NCBI RefSeq assembly: GCF_000195855.1
Contig: NC_002677.1
Location: forward strand, 2,100,001-2,132,000
DNA: 32,000 nucleotides
Source of the DNA: Mycobacterium leprae TN
Lineage (GTDB): Bacteria; Actinomycetota; Actinomycetes; Mycobacteriales; Mycobacteriaceae
Direction: 5' to 3'
The notes beneath the pieces are model-generated. The model was not told the DNA's origin, made no database searches, and saw only the letters and a program-made list of their open reading frames with translations. The translations under genes were made by a program, and so were the position numbers. Numbering within the stretch: position 1 is the first letter of the stretch; every line of letters begins with the position of its first letter. Of the stretch, positions 20,295 to 29,656 are shown piece by piece.

Positions 20295-21318
20295 CATGAT
20301 TTGAACTGTTATCGAGCCGTTTTAAGCACACTGCACGCAAATTTATCATTTAGCTGAATATTGCTATTTCTGCGCAGACATGTTGTCTTTCGATATCTGA
20401 ATCCACGACCATAGCGTGTAGAAAATAAAGCTAGATAATACGTGGTTACTTAACTGATCAGTAGTTCCTGACCCCGGTTAGCACTGCTATCGTCAATCAT
20501 TATTTCAACAGGTCTGCGTCGTTAGGCGCGATTCGTACAGAATTACTCGAGATAGCACATCAACCTTAAATTTGTCCTACTTGCGATATTTATCGCTCAG
20601 CACGACCAATTAATTACGGCTATCGTCGCGAGCTCCGATCTCTAACAAGCGACGCTGTTAATATTGCGAAGGTGGTCTGTGAACCCCCATCGATCACGCT
20701 CGACGAAGGTCATGGCCCGCCCTAGCCACTGGGCCTGGTGAGCCTATATATGCAGGTAACCGAGAGCCCAGATCTGAACCAAATCGGATCGAAAGCGCTT
20801 GCGGGACAAACGATAAACCCGAAGCTACAGCCAAGCCTTGGTCAGCAAAATAAACAGCGGCGACTTACAGTACCCACACCTACCGTATCAACGGGGAGAA
20901 CCGTTGTCGCTAACCGGAGAAGGTCTCAATAACGTCCTCGTCGACCTAATCTGCGAACCGTTTCACATAGTCGGCGACCTCCACGCCAAGATTTGTCGAG
21001 GTCAAGCATTATCACAACCATGCGTATACTTTCGCGAAACGAGGCAGCAAAGCGGTCCTCATCAAAGCTACCCCAAAATTTCTGTGGTTCCCCGGCGGGG
21101 AAATGCGTCCCCTCTACGCACCGCCCCGCCGGGTGTCATTTACAAACCTCAGCGATTTGCTCGCAATATCATTTGAGGTTTGTGACAGTTGATATTTGGC
21201 CTCGTCAATGAGGCCAATACAATATATGGTGGCCCTCGCTCGCCGCTACAACTAATTGACACGCGCCGCGGTTTGCTAGCTGCGAGCCACCATAGATTTG
21301 CTCTCACTATTCGACCTA

Positions 21319-22320
21319 CTACTCAGTGAAAAAATCGGCCGGTAGCGCTTTCGCAAAATGCCAGCCTTGGGCAGCGTCGCAGCCGAAATCACGCAACCTA
21401 GCAGCTTGACCGGGCGTTTCAACTCGCTTGGCGCAAACAATGATCCCAAGTTTGAAGGCAAGGTCAATCATTGCCCGGGTGATCTGTTCATCAGCCAACC
21501 GGCCACGGATATCACCACCGAGGTTCTCGATGAACTCGCCGGCGAGTTTGACCATGTCGACGGGTAAGTTGCGTAAATAAGCGAGGCTGGAAAATCCAGT
21601 ACCGAAGTCGTCGATCGCGATACCCACGCCTAACGCGGACAGCTCCTGCAGCCTGGTGATCGATGCCTCATCTATGCTCAGGCTCGCGTTCTCAGTGAGT
21701 TCGAGCCGCAACGCGTGGGCAGGCAGACCAGTTTCGCCAAGCACCCGCTCGACCATCGAGAGAAAACTGGGATCACGAATGTTGCGGGCCGAGACGTTGA
21801 CGCTGACGAACGGTCGCGGATTGGTGCTGTCGTCACGCCAGTTGCGGATATGTCGGCAGGCCTGCTCAATCACGAAGGTAGTGAGTGGTACTATCATGCC
21901 GTTTCGCTCGGCAAGGCTGATGAATCGCGCTGGGAGTAGGGTACCCAGCGTCGGATGCGCCCAACGCAGTAACGCCTCGACGCCGATGAAGCGTTTGTCA
22001 TTAAGCCGGACAATCGGCTGGTAGACGAGGAAAAATTCTCCGCGATCCAGTGCAGCAGGAATCACCTGCAACAGACCATCGTGGACGCTCCGCTGCTCGC
22101 GATCGTGATGGCCGTAAAACCATCCACTACTTCGGTCTTTTACCTCGCCACTGCCGCGCGAATCGGCTGACCTGTCACTACACCCATCCGGCAGCGAACT
22201 GCTCCGCATAGCACCCTCGATAGGCAATGTCGACAGGCATTCAATGTCGACGTACCGCAGGGCATCCGCAGATACGCCACCCGAATCGTCGCAACCCGCA
22301 ATTTCCGATGCTGACATCAC
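21319..22320 (-). CDS. Stand-alone EAL-domain protein (Rv1357c-like), with non-canonical catalytic blocks
   Basis: Intact 333-aa ORF with a GTG-ATG start at 22320/22317. EAL blocks: GVEALLRW, VSVNVSARN, LELTEN, AIDDFGTGFSSLAYL and QGWHFAKA. However, KLAGEF replaces K(I/L)D.sF and CAKRVET replaces AEGVET. Confidence 0.9.
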   Translation of the reverse strand: MMSASEIAGCDDSGGVSADALRYVDIECLSTLPIEGAMRSSSLPDGCSDRSADSRGSGEVKDRSSGWFYGHHDREQRSVHDGLLQVIPAALDRGEFFLVYQPIVRLNDKRFIGVEALLRWAHPTLGTLLPARFISLAERNGMIVPLTTFVIEQACRHIRNWRDDSTNPRPFVSVNVSARNIRDPSFLSMVERVLGETGLPAHALRLELTENASLSIDEASITRLQELSALGVGIAIDDFGTGFSSLAYLRNLPVDMVKLAGEFIENLGGDIRGRLADEQITRAMIDLAFKLGIIVCAKRVETPGQAARLRDFGCDAAQGWHFAKALPADFFTE

Positions 22321-23767
22321 GCCAGTTCATTCTCGTCTGAATTTACTATAGCTGGGCCACGATGCCTAGCTATTAACAAACTCTAGCGATGCTGCGCAGT
22401 GAAGATCATCAGTAGTATTACGTACAACTTGCCACTGTTCCACGTAGAGGACTCAAAGGCTGCTTGCCTCCACGCCCGAGCTACGAAAACAAAGGCGCAA
22501 ACCGTGCCAGTCTGCAGCAGAAAAATGACCTGATAATGAGTAACTCCGACTGACGAGCACTGCCAGCTACATCAAGACTGGCCTTAGTTGATTTAACTAA
22601 AGGTAGGCCAAATTCAGCTCCTTAGCTGCCGAATTTCCCTGTCAAACAAGTCAATACCTTACTGTCATCTGAAAATTGTTTATAGAATTATTAATTTGTG
22701 TGAAGATTGACTGTGGAATGCCCTTCGGACTTCGCTGCTGAGGAGCATGTCACAACCACACAGTGACACGGTGTGCGCAGCAAAATCTGTGCTGGATGCA
22801 AGCAGATGCGCTAATGCTTATTGTTCGGCGATAGCAAATGATGGGCTCTCATTTACAAGATTGATCCGAGAAACAGACGTTGTTGATGTTACCAAACATT
22901 TCAACACCCTTGAACCATGGCGAATGCACGATGAGAACACAGCTTCGGCAGGAACTACACGATTGCGCTGTCAAGTTGCGCAAGCTGGCCCACAACCTCC
23001 CGCACGGGGTAGGCGAGTTCGGGCTGCTGCGTTTGTCTGAGCATATGGCAGCAACCGCCGGCCAGCCGGTGCTGCAGCACTAGTTGGGCCGCCTCGACAG
23101 ATCGTCACGCTCTTCAGCGATAACCGCCCGTAGAATCGTGCACCAACACCGGCTCCTATGCACGGCAAGCAGGCATGTTCGCGCTCCAAATCGTTCGGAC
23201 AAACGGCACCCGAGCGATACGCTGCTGACAGCACGCACGCGAACCTGCACCCGCAATGACACGGCAACGATACGTGAGCTGAGTCGACTCCAAACATTGC
23301 TGCGATACTCACGTGACAACGATCCCAGCCCCCCACATCACCAGATGCACGAGGTGCTGTGTAACCAAAGTCAAACCTGTCAATCGTCACACGTAACCTG
23401 CGTACCGGCCACCGCGCTGTGTTCACCGATGAGGTTCCGCTGTATCTGTATAGAAACAGCATCATCGATGCGCACCACAGGCCACCAGCCCTAATCGACC
23501 ACGCCTAATTACTTTGACGGGGGTATCGGTTCTATGCTCAACGCCGATCTAGCGGTGCCCGCCGACGCCGCGTTAATCCTTGAACCAGTGCCGAACGGAT
23601 CCGGTCGGCACTGGTTCAGTTGGTCGCTAATGGGACACACATCCAGGTGCTATTCCCACAACGCCGCCTGGCACAAAAGTCGAACTCGGCGAAGTAATCG
23701 CCGCGCCAATCAACGGGGGCACAGCTATGGAGAGCACACGTATAGCAGCCGTAGAGAACGTCGCAAC

Positions 23768-26700
23768 CTAGTTGTGGCGCGCAGCTTCTTGCACGAGTTG
23801 GACGCGGGAGGTGAGGCCAAGTTTAGAGTAGATGCGTGTGAGATGGGTATGTACGGTTCGAACGGAGACGAAAAGCCGTGCCGCGATATCTTTGGTATCT
23901 AACCCCTCGCTAACGAGCCGTATTACATTGTGTTCGGCAGGGGTTAGGGATTCCCAACCAGTGGTCGGTCGTTTACGGTTGCCACGCCCGCGCTGTGCGT
24001 AGGTGATCGCGTCGTCGATGGGCATGGCAGCACCCTCTGCCCAGGCGGAGTCGAAATCCTTGCAGCCCATCGCGCCACGAAGCACCGCCACTGCGGACTC
24101 ATAGCCTGCATCCCAGACTTTGAAGCGGACCTCACCTGTCTTCTCACGTTGCGCGGACGCCGCACCGAAAAGACGCCCGGCTTGACGATGGTTGTCACCC
24201 TGGCTGATCAGCTCGGCTAACAATTCCATGCTGTCTGATATGCCCAGAGACGCCTGGATGTCGGCACCGCACGCAAGCGCAGCATGGATATCAGCTCGTG
24301 CCAGTTCTGGTTCACCCTGCGCCATAGCGATGCGCGCACGCGTTGTCAAGGCCGCCATTTGATGCCACCCAGTGGTCGCAGAAACACTATTGTCGGCGAG
24401 GCGTCGCGCCACGATTACATCGCCTCTTGCCAAAGCGACCGCCGCCATGAGTTCGAGGTGTATCGCTACCAGGCCGTGGTCAGCACCCAGGTGCGGCCGG
24501 CACGCCTCGCTGGCCTCGACAGCCGCGGCAACATCGCCCATAGCCAACGCCGCAAAAACCATTGCTGCATAACCAATACCTTGGTACACCCCACTTAATT
24601 CCGCTGCGGCTTCAACGACCAGGCCGGCCGTAACCAGGGCCGCGCTGACGTCGCGATGCACCAGCGCCCGAGTTTGGACGTACAGACCGAAAGTTCTCGT
24701 CACTGTATCGTGGGCAGCTTCAGCACCGGCAACAACTTCACCCGATCGTACGATCGCTCCGTCCATATCGCCCTGCCATAACTGTGCAATGGAGAGCAGC
24801 AAACGACACTGTAGCGAAACGAACCGATCCCCGATTTCTTGAGCGAGATCGTCGGCCGCCTCAGCTGCTGCTCGCAAAGCAACCGGGTCACCTGACACGC
24901 AGAATCCAACAACTCCCCAAAGCCGAATCTGGCTCAGTGTCCATTTATCACCTTGCGTTCGCGCGAGCTCAACCGCCTCGGCAAAGTAGGGCCGAGCCAC
25001 CTCCGTGTCATAGCCACTGCTGAAGCCGCAGGCAGTAAGCGCCCGAGCCAAAACAGCAGAGTCACCTATCTCGCGTGCCATGGTCAGAGCTTGTTGAGCT
25101 TGAGTGACGAGGTCACTGCCGTCTGGTGGACTGCTGGCCAATATGGCGTGGAGCATAACCTTGTTGGCAACCGCCCGAGCTAAAACCTCTTTGGGTGCAA
25201 CAAGATGCTCGATGTTTTTGTGTTCAAAGATCGAGTCGAACCAGGCCAACCCCTCATACATGTGGCCCCGACCAAACCAGATCGGCTGTAGTGAAGACGC
25301 GAGTTGCAGTGCGCCAGCGATATCGCCGGTTTCGCGGCTCCATGCGAATGCGCTACGCAGATTGTCAAGCTCGGTCTCAACTTGCTCAACAAGCTGCTCG
25401 TGGTCGATGTCTCCCGGAGTATCCAGCAAAGCCCCAAGTGCCATGTAGTGATCGCGGTGACGGGCAAGCACAAGGTCGACCTCATTGGACTCTTCGAGCT
25501 TCTTCATCGCGTACTGGCGCACCGTTTCCAGCAACCGGTACCGCGAGCCACCCTGTCTGCCTTCAACTATGACCAAAGACTTGTCTATGAGCATAGTCAG
25601 CCGATCGAAAACCTGATCAGGCTCCTCAAGATCATCGTGTCCAACCGCATAGGCCACCTTGAGGTCGAACGTCCCCGAAATTGCCGACAAGCGACGAAAC
25701 AAGGCCCGCTCGCTTTCGGTCAGCAATGCATACGACCAATCCATCGAGGCACGGAGCGTCTGTTGACGTCGCACCGCGGTACGCGCACCACCAGTCAGCA
25801 GCCGAAACCGGTCATCCAAACCATCGGCTATCTCAGTTAACGATAACGTACGTATCCGTGCAGCGGCCAGCTCAATCGCCAAAGGCATGCCGTCAAGGCG
25901 CTGACAGATCTCGGTCACGATCTGACGGTTGCCATCGGTAACACTGAAACCGGGTTGAACCAAGGCAGCTCGTTCTGTGAATAATTCGACCGCTTCGTCG
26001 GCAGGAGACAGCATTGAAACCCGCCATATGACTTCGCCGGCCACCCCGATCGGCTCACGACTGGTCGCCAAAATCGTCAACGACGGACAAGCGCCCAACA
26101 GCGTAGTCATCACATTCGCGCACACATCGAGAAGGTACTCGCAGTTGTCCAACACCATCAGCATGCGACGGTCACCGATGCACCGGCGCAGATTGTCTAA
26201 CACCGTAATCGGAAAGATGTCGTGATCGGTGTCCGGAGCTAGGTCGAAATACGACAGCTCACCACTAAACTCGTCTGCGACCCTAGCGACGACCTGTAAC
26301 GCGAGCCGCGTTTTTCCTACTCCCCCTGGACCTACCAGCGTTAACAACCGTTTTTCGGTCAACAGCTCTTGCAGTTCTTTGATCTGCGCAGCGCGACCAA
26401 CAAAAGTGGTGAGCGGCACCGGAAGACTTGGTCCGCCAGGGACAGTCCGGATACCTAGCTCGTGAAGATTTCTGCGCAGATTACGGTGACACAACTGCAT
26501 GACACGTACTGGCCGAGCCAGATCCCGCAATAGGTGACTGCCAAGATCCACCAGCCAGGTATCAGCGGGGAGCCCATCAACGACGAGATCTCCTGTGATA
26601 GATGACAACACCGTTTGTCCCCCGCATGCCAAATCGAGCAACCCTGCAGCCTGCACCATCATAAAAACCACATTATTGACATCATCGTTGGATATCTGAA

Positions 26701-27160
26701 CCTCACCGGTGTGCAGAGCGATACGAAACCGAACTGGTACGATCGGGGCCAGCTGCAGGTCTAATGCGCACGCTGTGGCGTCGCTAGCACGGGCAAACGT
26801 TGCGAGAAAGTTTCCCCTTACCCCTTGGACAACCTGTTGCACCCCGCCGTGAGCCGCGACAGCTTCTGACACCACACAGTCCAGGCGTGCGATTGCATCC
26901 GCTGCCTCATCGGGTTGTGTTTCGGACAGCTCTGCCAAGCCTTCGACGTCACCCAGAAACAACGTCACCGTGCAACCGCGATGGAGGTCCGTCGGTACAT
27001 CGGTCGATCTCAGCCGCGCCACCAGACATGAAGCCAGATAATCAGCGCCAACGGGTACTGGTTTCTGCATCTCGCCCAAAGAATACATGTCTCCCGACAC
27101 ACATTCGGCCGTACATGTTAACCACGGTCTTGTTCCGCGGAAATGCACAGTCTGCGCCAA
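23768..27160 (-). CDS. Large LuxR-family regulator: class III cyclase-homology domain + STAND/AAA ATPase + TPR-like repeats + C-terminal LuxR HTH (Rv1358/Rv0386 type)
   Basis: Intact 1130-aa ORF from TTG at 27160. ATG at 27088, preceded by GGGAGA, is a likelier start and would give 1106 aa. Cyclase-like N-terminus: VTLFLGDVEG...RIALHTGEV. Walker A is LVGPGGVGKTRLAL and Walker B is RMLMVLDNCEYLL. LuxR HTH: LTPAEHNVIRLVSEGLDTKDIAARLFVSVRTVHTHLTRIYSKLG. Confidence 0.9.
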   Translation of the reverse strand: MAQTVHFRGTRPWLTCTAECVSGDMYSLGEMQKPVPVGADYLASCLVARLRSTDVPTDLHRGCTVTLFLGDVEGLAELSETQPDEAADAIARLDCVVSEAVAAHGGVQQVVQGVRGNFLATFARASDATACALDLQLAPIVPVRFRIALHTGEVQISNDDVNNVVFMMVQAAGLLDLACGGQTVLSSITGDLVVDGLPADTWLVDLGSHLLRDLARPVRVMQLCHRNLRRNLHELGIRTVPGGPSLPVPLTTFVGRAAQIKELQELLTEKRLLTLVGPGGVGKTRLALQVVARVADEFSGELSYFDLAPDTDHDIFPITVLDNLRRCIGDRRMLMVLDNCEYLLDVCANVMTTLLGACPSLTILATSREPIGVAGEVIWRVSMLSPADEAVELFTERAALVQPGFSVTDGNRQIVTEICQRLDGMPLAIELAAARIRTLSLTEIADGLDDRFRLLTGGARTAVRRQQTLRASMDWSYALLTESERALFRRLSAISGTFDLKVAYAVGHDDLEEPDQVFDRLTMLIDKSLVIVEGRQGGSRYRLLETVRQYAMKKLEESNEVDLVLARHRDHYMALGALLDTPGDIDHEQLVEQVETELDNLRSAFAWSRETGDIAGALQLASSLQPIWFGRGHMYEGLAWFDSIFEHKNIEHLVAPKEVLARAVANKVMLHAILASSPPDGSDLVTQAQQALTMAREIGDSAVLARALTACGFSSGYDTEVARPYFAEAVELARTQGDKWTLSQIRLWGVVGFCVSGDPVALRAAAEAADDLAQEIGDRFVSLQCRLLLSIAQLWQGDMDGAIVRSGEVVAGAEAAHDTVTRTFGLYVQTRALVHRDVSAALVTAGLVVEAAAELSGVYQGIGYAAMVFAALAMGDVAAAVEASEACRPHLGADHGLVAIHLELMAAVALARGDVIVARRLADNSVSATTGWHQMAALTTRARIAMAQGEPELARADIHAALACGADIQASLGISDSMELLAELISQGDNHRQAGRLFGAASAQREKTGEVRFKVWDAGYESAVAVLRGAMGCKDFDSAWAEGAAMPIDDAITYAQRGRGNRKRPTTGWESLTPAEHNVIRLVSEGLDTKDIAARLFVSVRTVHTHLTRIYSKLGLTSRVQLVQEAARHN

Positions 27161-27266
27161 ATATTTGGAGAGAAACCGATTCTCGGTCGATCAAATTGCT
27201 GCCGACATCTCACAAGCCGGCAGACTTGGTAACCTGCGGCGAGTCGACATCTTACCGTGGGCGCCA

Positions 27267-27545
27267 TCACCTGTGCCCACTCAAAACCCCAGAGCCGATC
27301 ACCCCAGCGGTCCAAGGCAAGACATCAGAATACCCAATGGCGTGGTCTTGTTCAACGCACTGCCACGCGGCCGGGCTGAAACGCTGGCGTGTGACCACCA
27401 CTTCTCCTGTGCTCCTGATCTTCCTGGACTCAATCATCAGCACGCCAGCGTCATCGATGGCATACGACCCGGACGTTTCATGCCCGGTATCATCTGTTTC
27501 CAACCTAATGACCTGTCCGTTGCTCAAAGTTACGGTGACCATCAT
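27267..27545 (-). CDS. Hypothetical small protein (92 aa) immediately upstream of the LuxR regulator
   Basis: This is the internal ATG of ORF 27267..27608, preceded by AAGGAAAGG with 6-nt spacing. It reads MMVTVTLSNGQVIRLETDDTGHETSGSYAIDDAGVLMIESRKIRSTGEVVVTRQRFSPAAWQCVEQD... The composition is protein-like and beta-rich. I recognise no family, and it may be a chance ORF or a remnant. Confidence 0.3.
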   Translation of the reverse strand: MMVTVTLSNGQVIRLETDDTGHETSGSYAIDDAGVLMIESRKIRSTGEVVVTRQRFSPAAWQCVEQDHAIGYSDVLPWTAGVIGSGVLSGHR

Positions 27546-28859
27546 GTCCAACCTTTCCTTTGCTGCCGTACCACGACCCGCGCGCATCAGATACGACAGT
27601 CGCTGCATGGTGTTCGACCTTGAATTCCGTGCACAACGATCAGCTGCAACGAGGTTTATTTAGTCGAATTCCGGTGCCGAGGCAGCGTTGCCAACGGCGG
27701 TTTTGAGAATCTTCACCCCTATCCTCGCAAGCTTCGTGTAACACGAGTCCAACTACATCGGCGCAGCTACGTATTTGGTCCAGTCTCTATACGTAGAGTA
27801 AACGGGCATGACTAGCCCTCAGAATGGCCGCTGAACTGGCCAGCAAGCACTAGGCTACGGCAAATCCAAGTCGCTAATGGTGGGTACTGCAGGAAGTTGA
27901 TAATGCACCGGGGTCGCATTCCGTCTCAGCCACCGCTGCGGTCGCTACACTCAGCGCGCCACAAGATACTAAAGTCAAGCATACAGCACTAACAGCGTTC
28001 GACGTCGCTTCTGGACTAGACGATGTCTTCTTCGTTGCGGACGGGGGTGCATGAGATGCGCCGGAAGAAGTGTCGGTAGAAACGCTGTTGGTCATGAGGG
28101 CCTGGCAGCGTGCAGTCGGGTAGGTCAGCACAGACGTATCAGCTGGCGGCTGCTTACGACTTTGCACAACGGCGATTAGGATGACGGTGCCGCATTCGAC
28201 TGGCCTGGTGTCGCTGTAAATTGCGGCCGATTTTAGCGTGGTAGGTGACGAATGTGTTGCGGTAGCCATTGAAGAGGGACGAGTAGTTCGGCAGTAAATG
28301 AGGTAGGCGTTGATGTAGTTAAGTCGTTGGTGCAGTTAAGTTCTGAGCAAACTATACCGCCGGTGATACTGTGGTGGTGTCGCTATGTGGGGGTTTAGCG
28401 TGACGACACCGGGAAAGGTTGTGTCTGGCCTGCCGACCCACTAGAGGCATCTTCGATGTTACTGAGCACGGTGCCTGGACCAAACCCACTATTGGCGACA
28501 GTGGAAGCGTGGAATTCGCTGAACACAATACGCTTCGGCGGCAGAAGAACTCGGTGTAGTCCTGACTGGGGTGCAGTATGAAACTTAGCGGCGTACCAGC
28601 GCTGAACGTTATGTGGCTGAGCATATGCCGTATCAGAAATGACTGACTCATAACAGCATCGATAGCAGGATGCTGCGGCTCAGCATGAGGTCATGCCAAC
28701 GGCCTATGTGAGTGCGCTGGAGACAATGCCGACAGTGGGTGAGTTGGTAGCCAATCACACAGCACATGTAACACGTACTAAGTACGAATTTCGTTGGTAA
28801 TAAAAAGATTCCGATTGACGCTAATGAGGACAACTTGCGCGGATGTTGATCTAGGCTCC

Positions 28860-28883
28860 CACCACTATGGACACCACTATGGA
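28860..28883. repeat. Perfect 12-bp tandem duplication (CACCACTATGGA x2)
   Basis: Read directly: 28860-28871 equals 28872-28883. It lies in unassigned AT-rich sequence. Confidence 0.9.
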
Positions 28884-29656
28884 GTTCTATCAGAAAGTCT
28901 CTACCGCGGCGGTGGTCGCAATCCCCGCACATCACACCCGCGTCAGCGATCGCAAAACCCGATATGAGTAATAAACTAACTCCCTACTTTAGAGGACCAT
29001 CGCGGCTCAGGACGACACTGTTGCGGTAATCAGCAGCACCTGGGAATTAACTCATCGCGACCTGGCACAGGTTCGTACAGATCATGCACTTCAATCGAAC
29101 TAATGGCGAGTTACCTGTTATTCCTGCTGGCCTTCGGGACTCGGTGGTTGGTCGCGTACCTAATTGGCTTGTTCGGCGGCTTAGTCGAAGCTCTGACGGC
29201 CCTGGTTATTGCTATTACCGCGGTTCTGATCCTAGGAGTTGGCCCGGTTAGCACAGTCGCCGCTATGAGTACGGTAGCGCTTCCGCTGAGAATTGGGATA
29301 CCGGGCGGTGTCAATTACCTGTCTTACTTGGAAGCAGACTTTGTAGACACGACCATCACCGATAGTTTGGCCACATCAAACAACGACGAGGCATCGAGCA
29401 AATTTCAAGTGCCACCCAGTGATGTCATGTCAGCGGTGGCACTCTCAGCGCAGGGTGGTGGGATTGTACCACCGCTCCTTCGCCGACCACTGCTGGTGCT
29501 TCGGAGCTGGTCACGTTGGATGGCAGGTTCAGTGGTGACCCACAGGTACCGCTGCTACCGGCGACGTGGGGTTGATCAATACAGCGAATTGATGGGTGTG
29601 TCGGTTGCCACCGGCGATTACGCACCCGAACTTCCGCCGGCAACCGCGTCGGCCGG

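Noticed and set aside
23848-23862. GGTTCGAAC, a T-arm-like string suggesting a tRNA
   Set aside because: It lies inside the LuxR HTH coding region (VSVRTVHTHL). No acceptor or anticodon stems can be built around it.
26800-27663. 287-aa and 178-aa plus-strand ORFs
   Set aside because: They overlap the 5' end of the LuxR-family gene and the small minus-strand ORF in antisense. Their composition is Pro/Arg/Ser-rich and they show no recognisable motifs.
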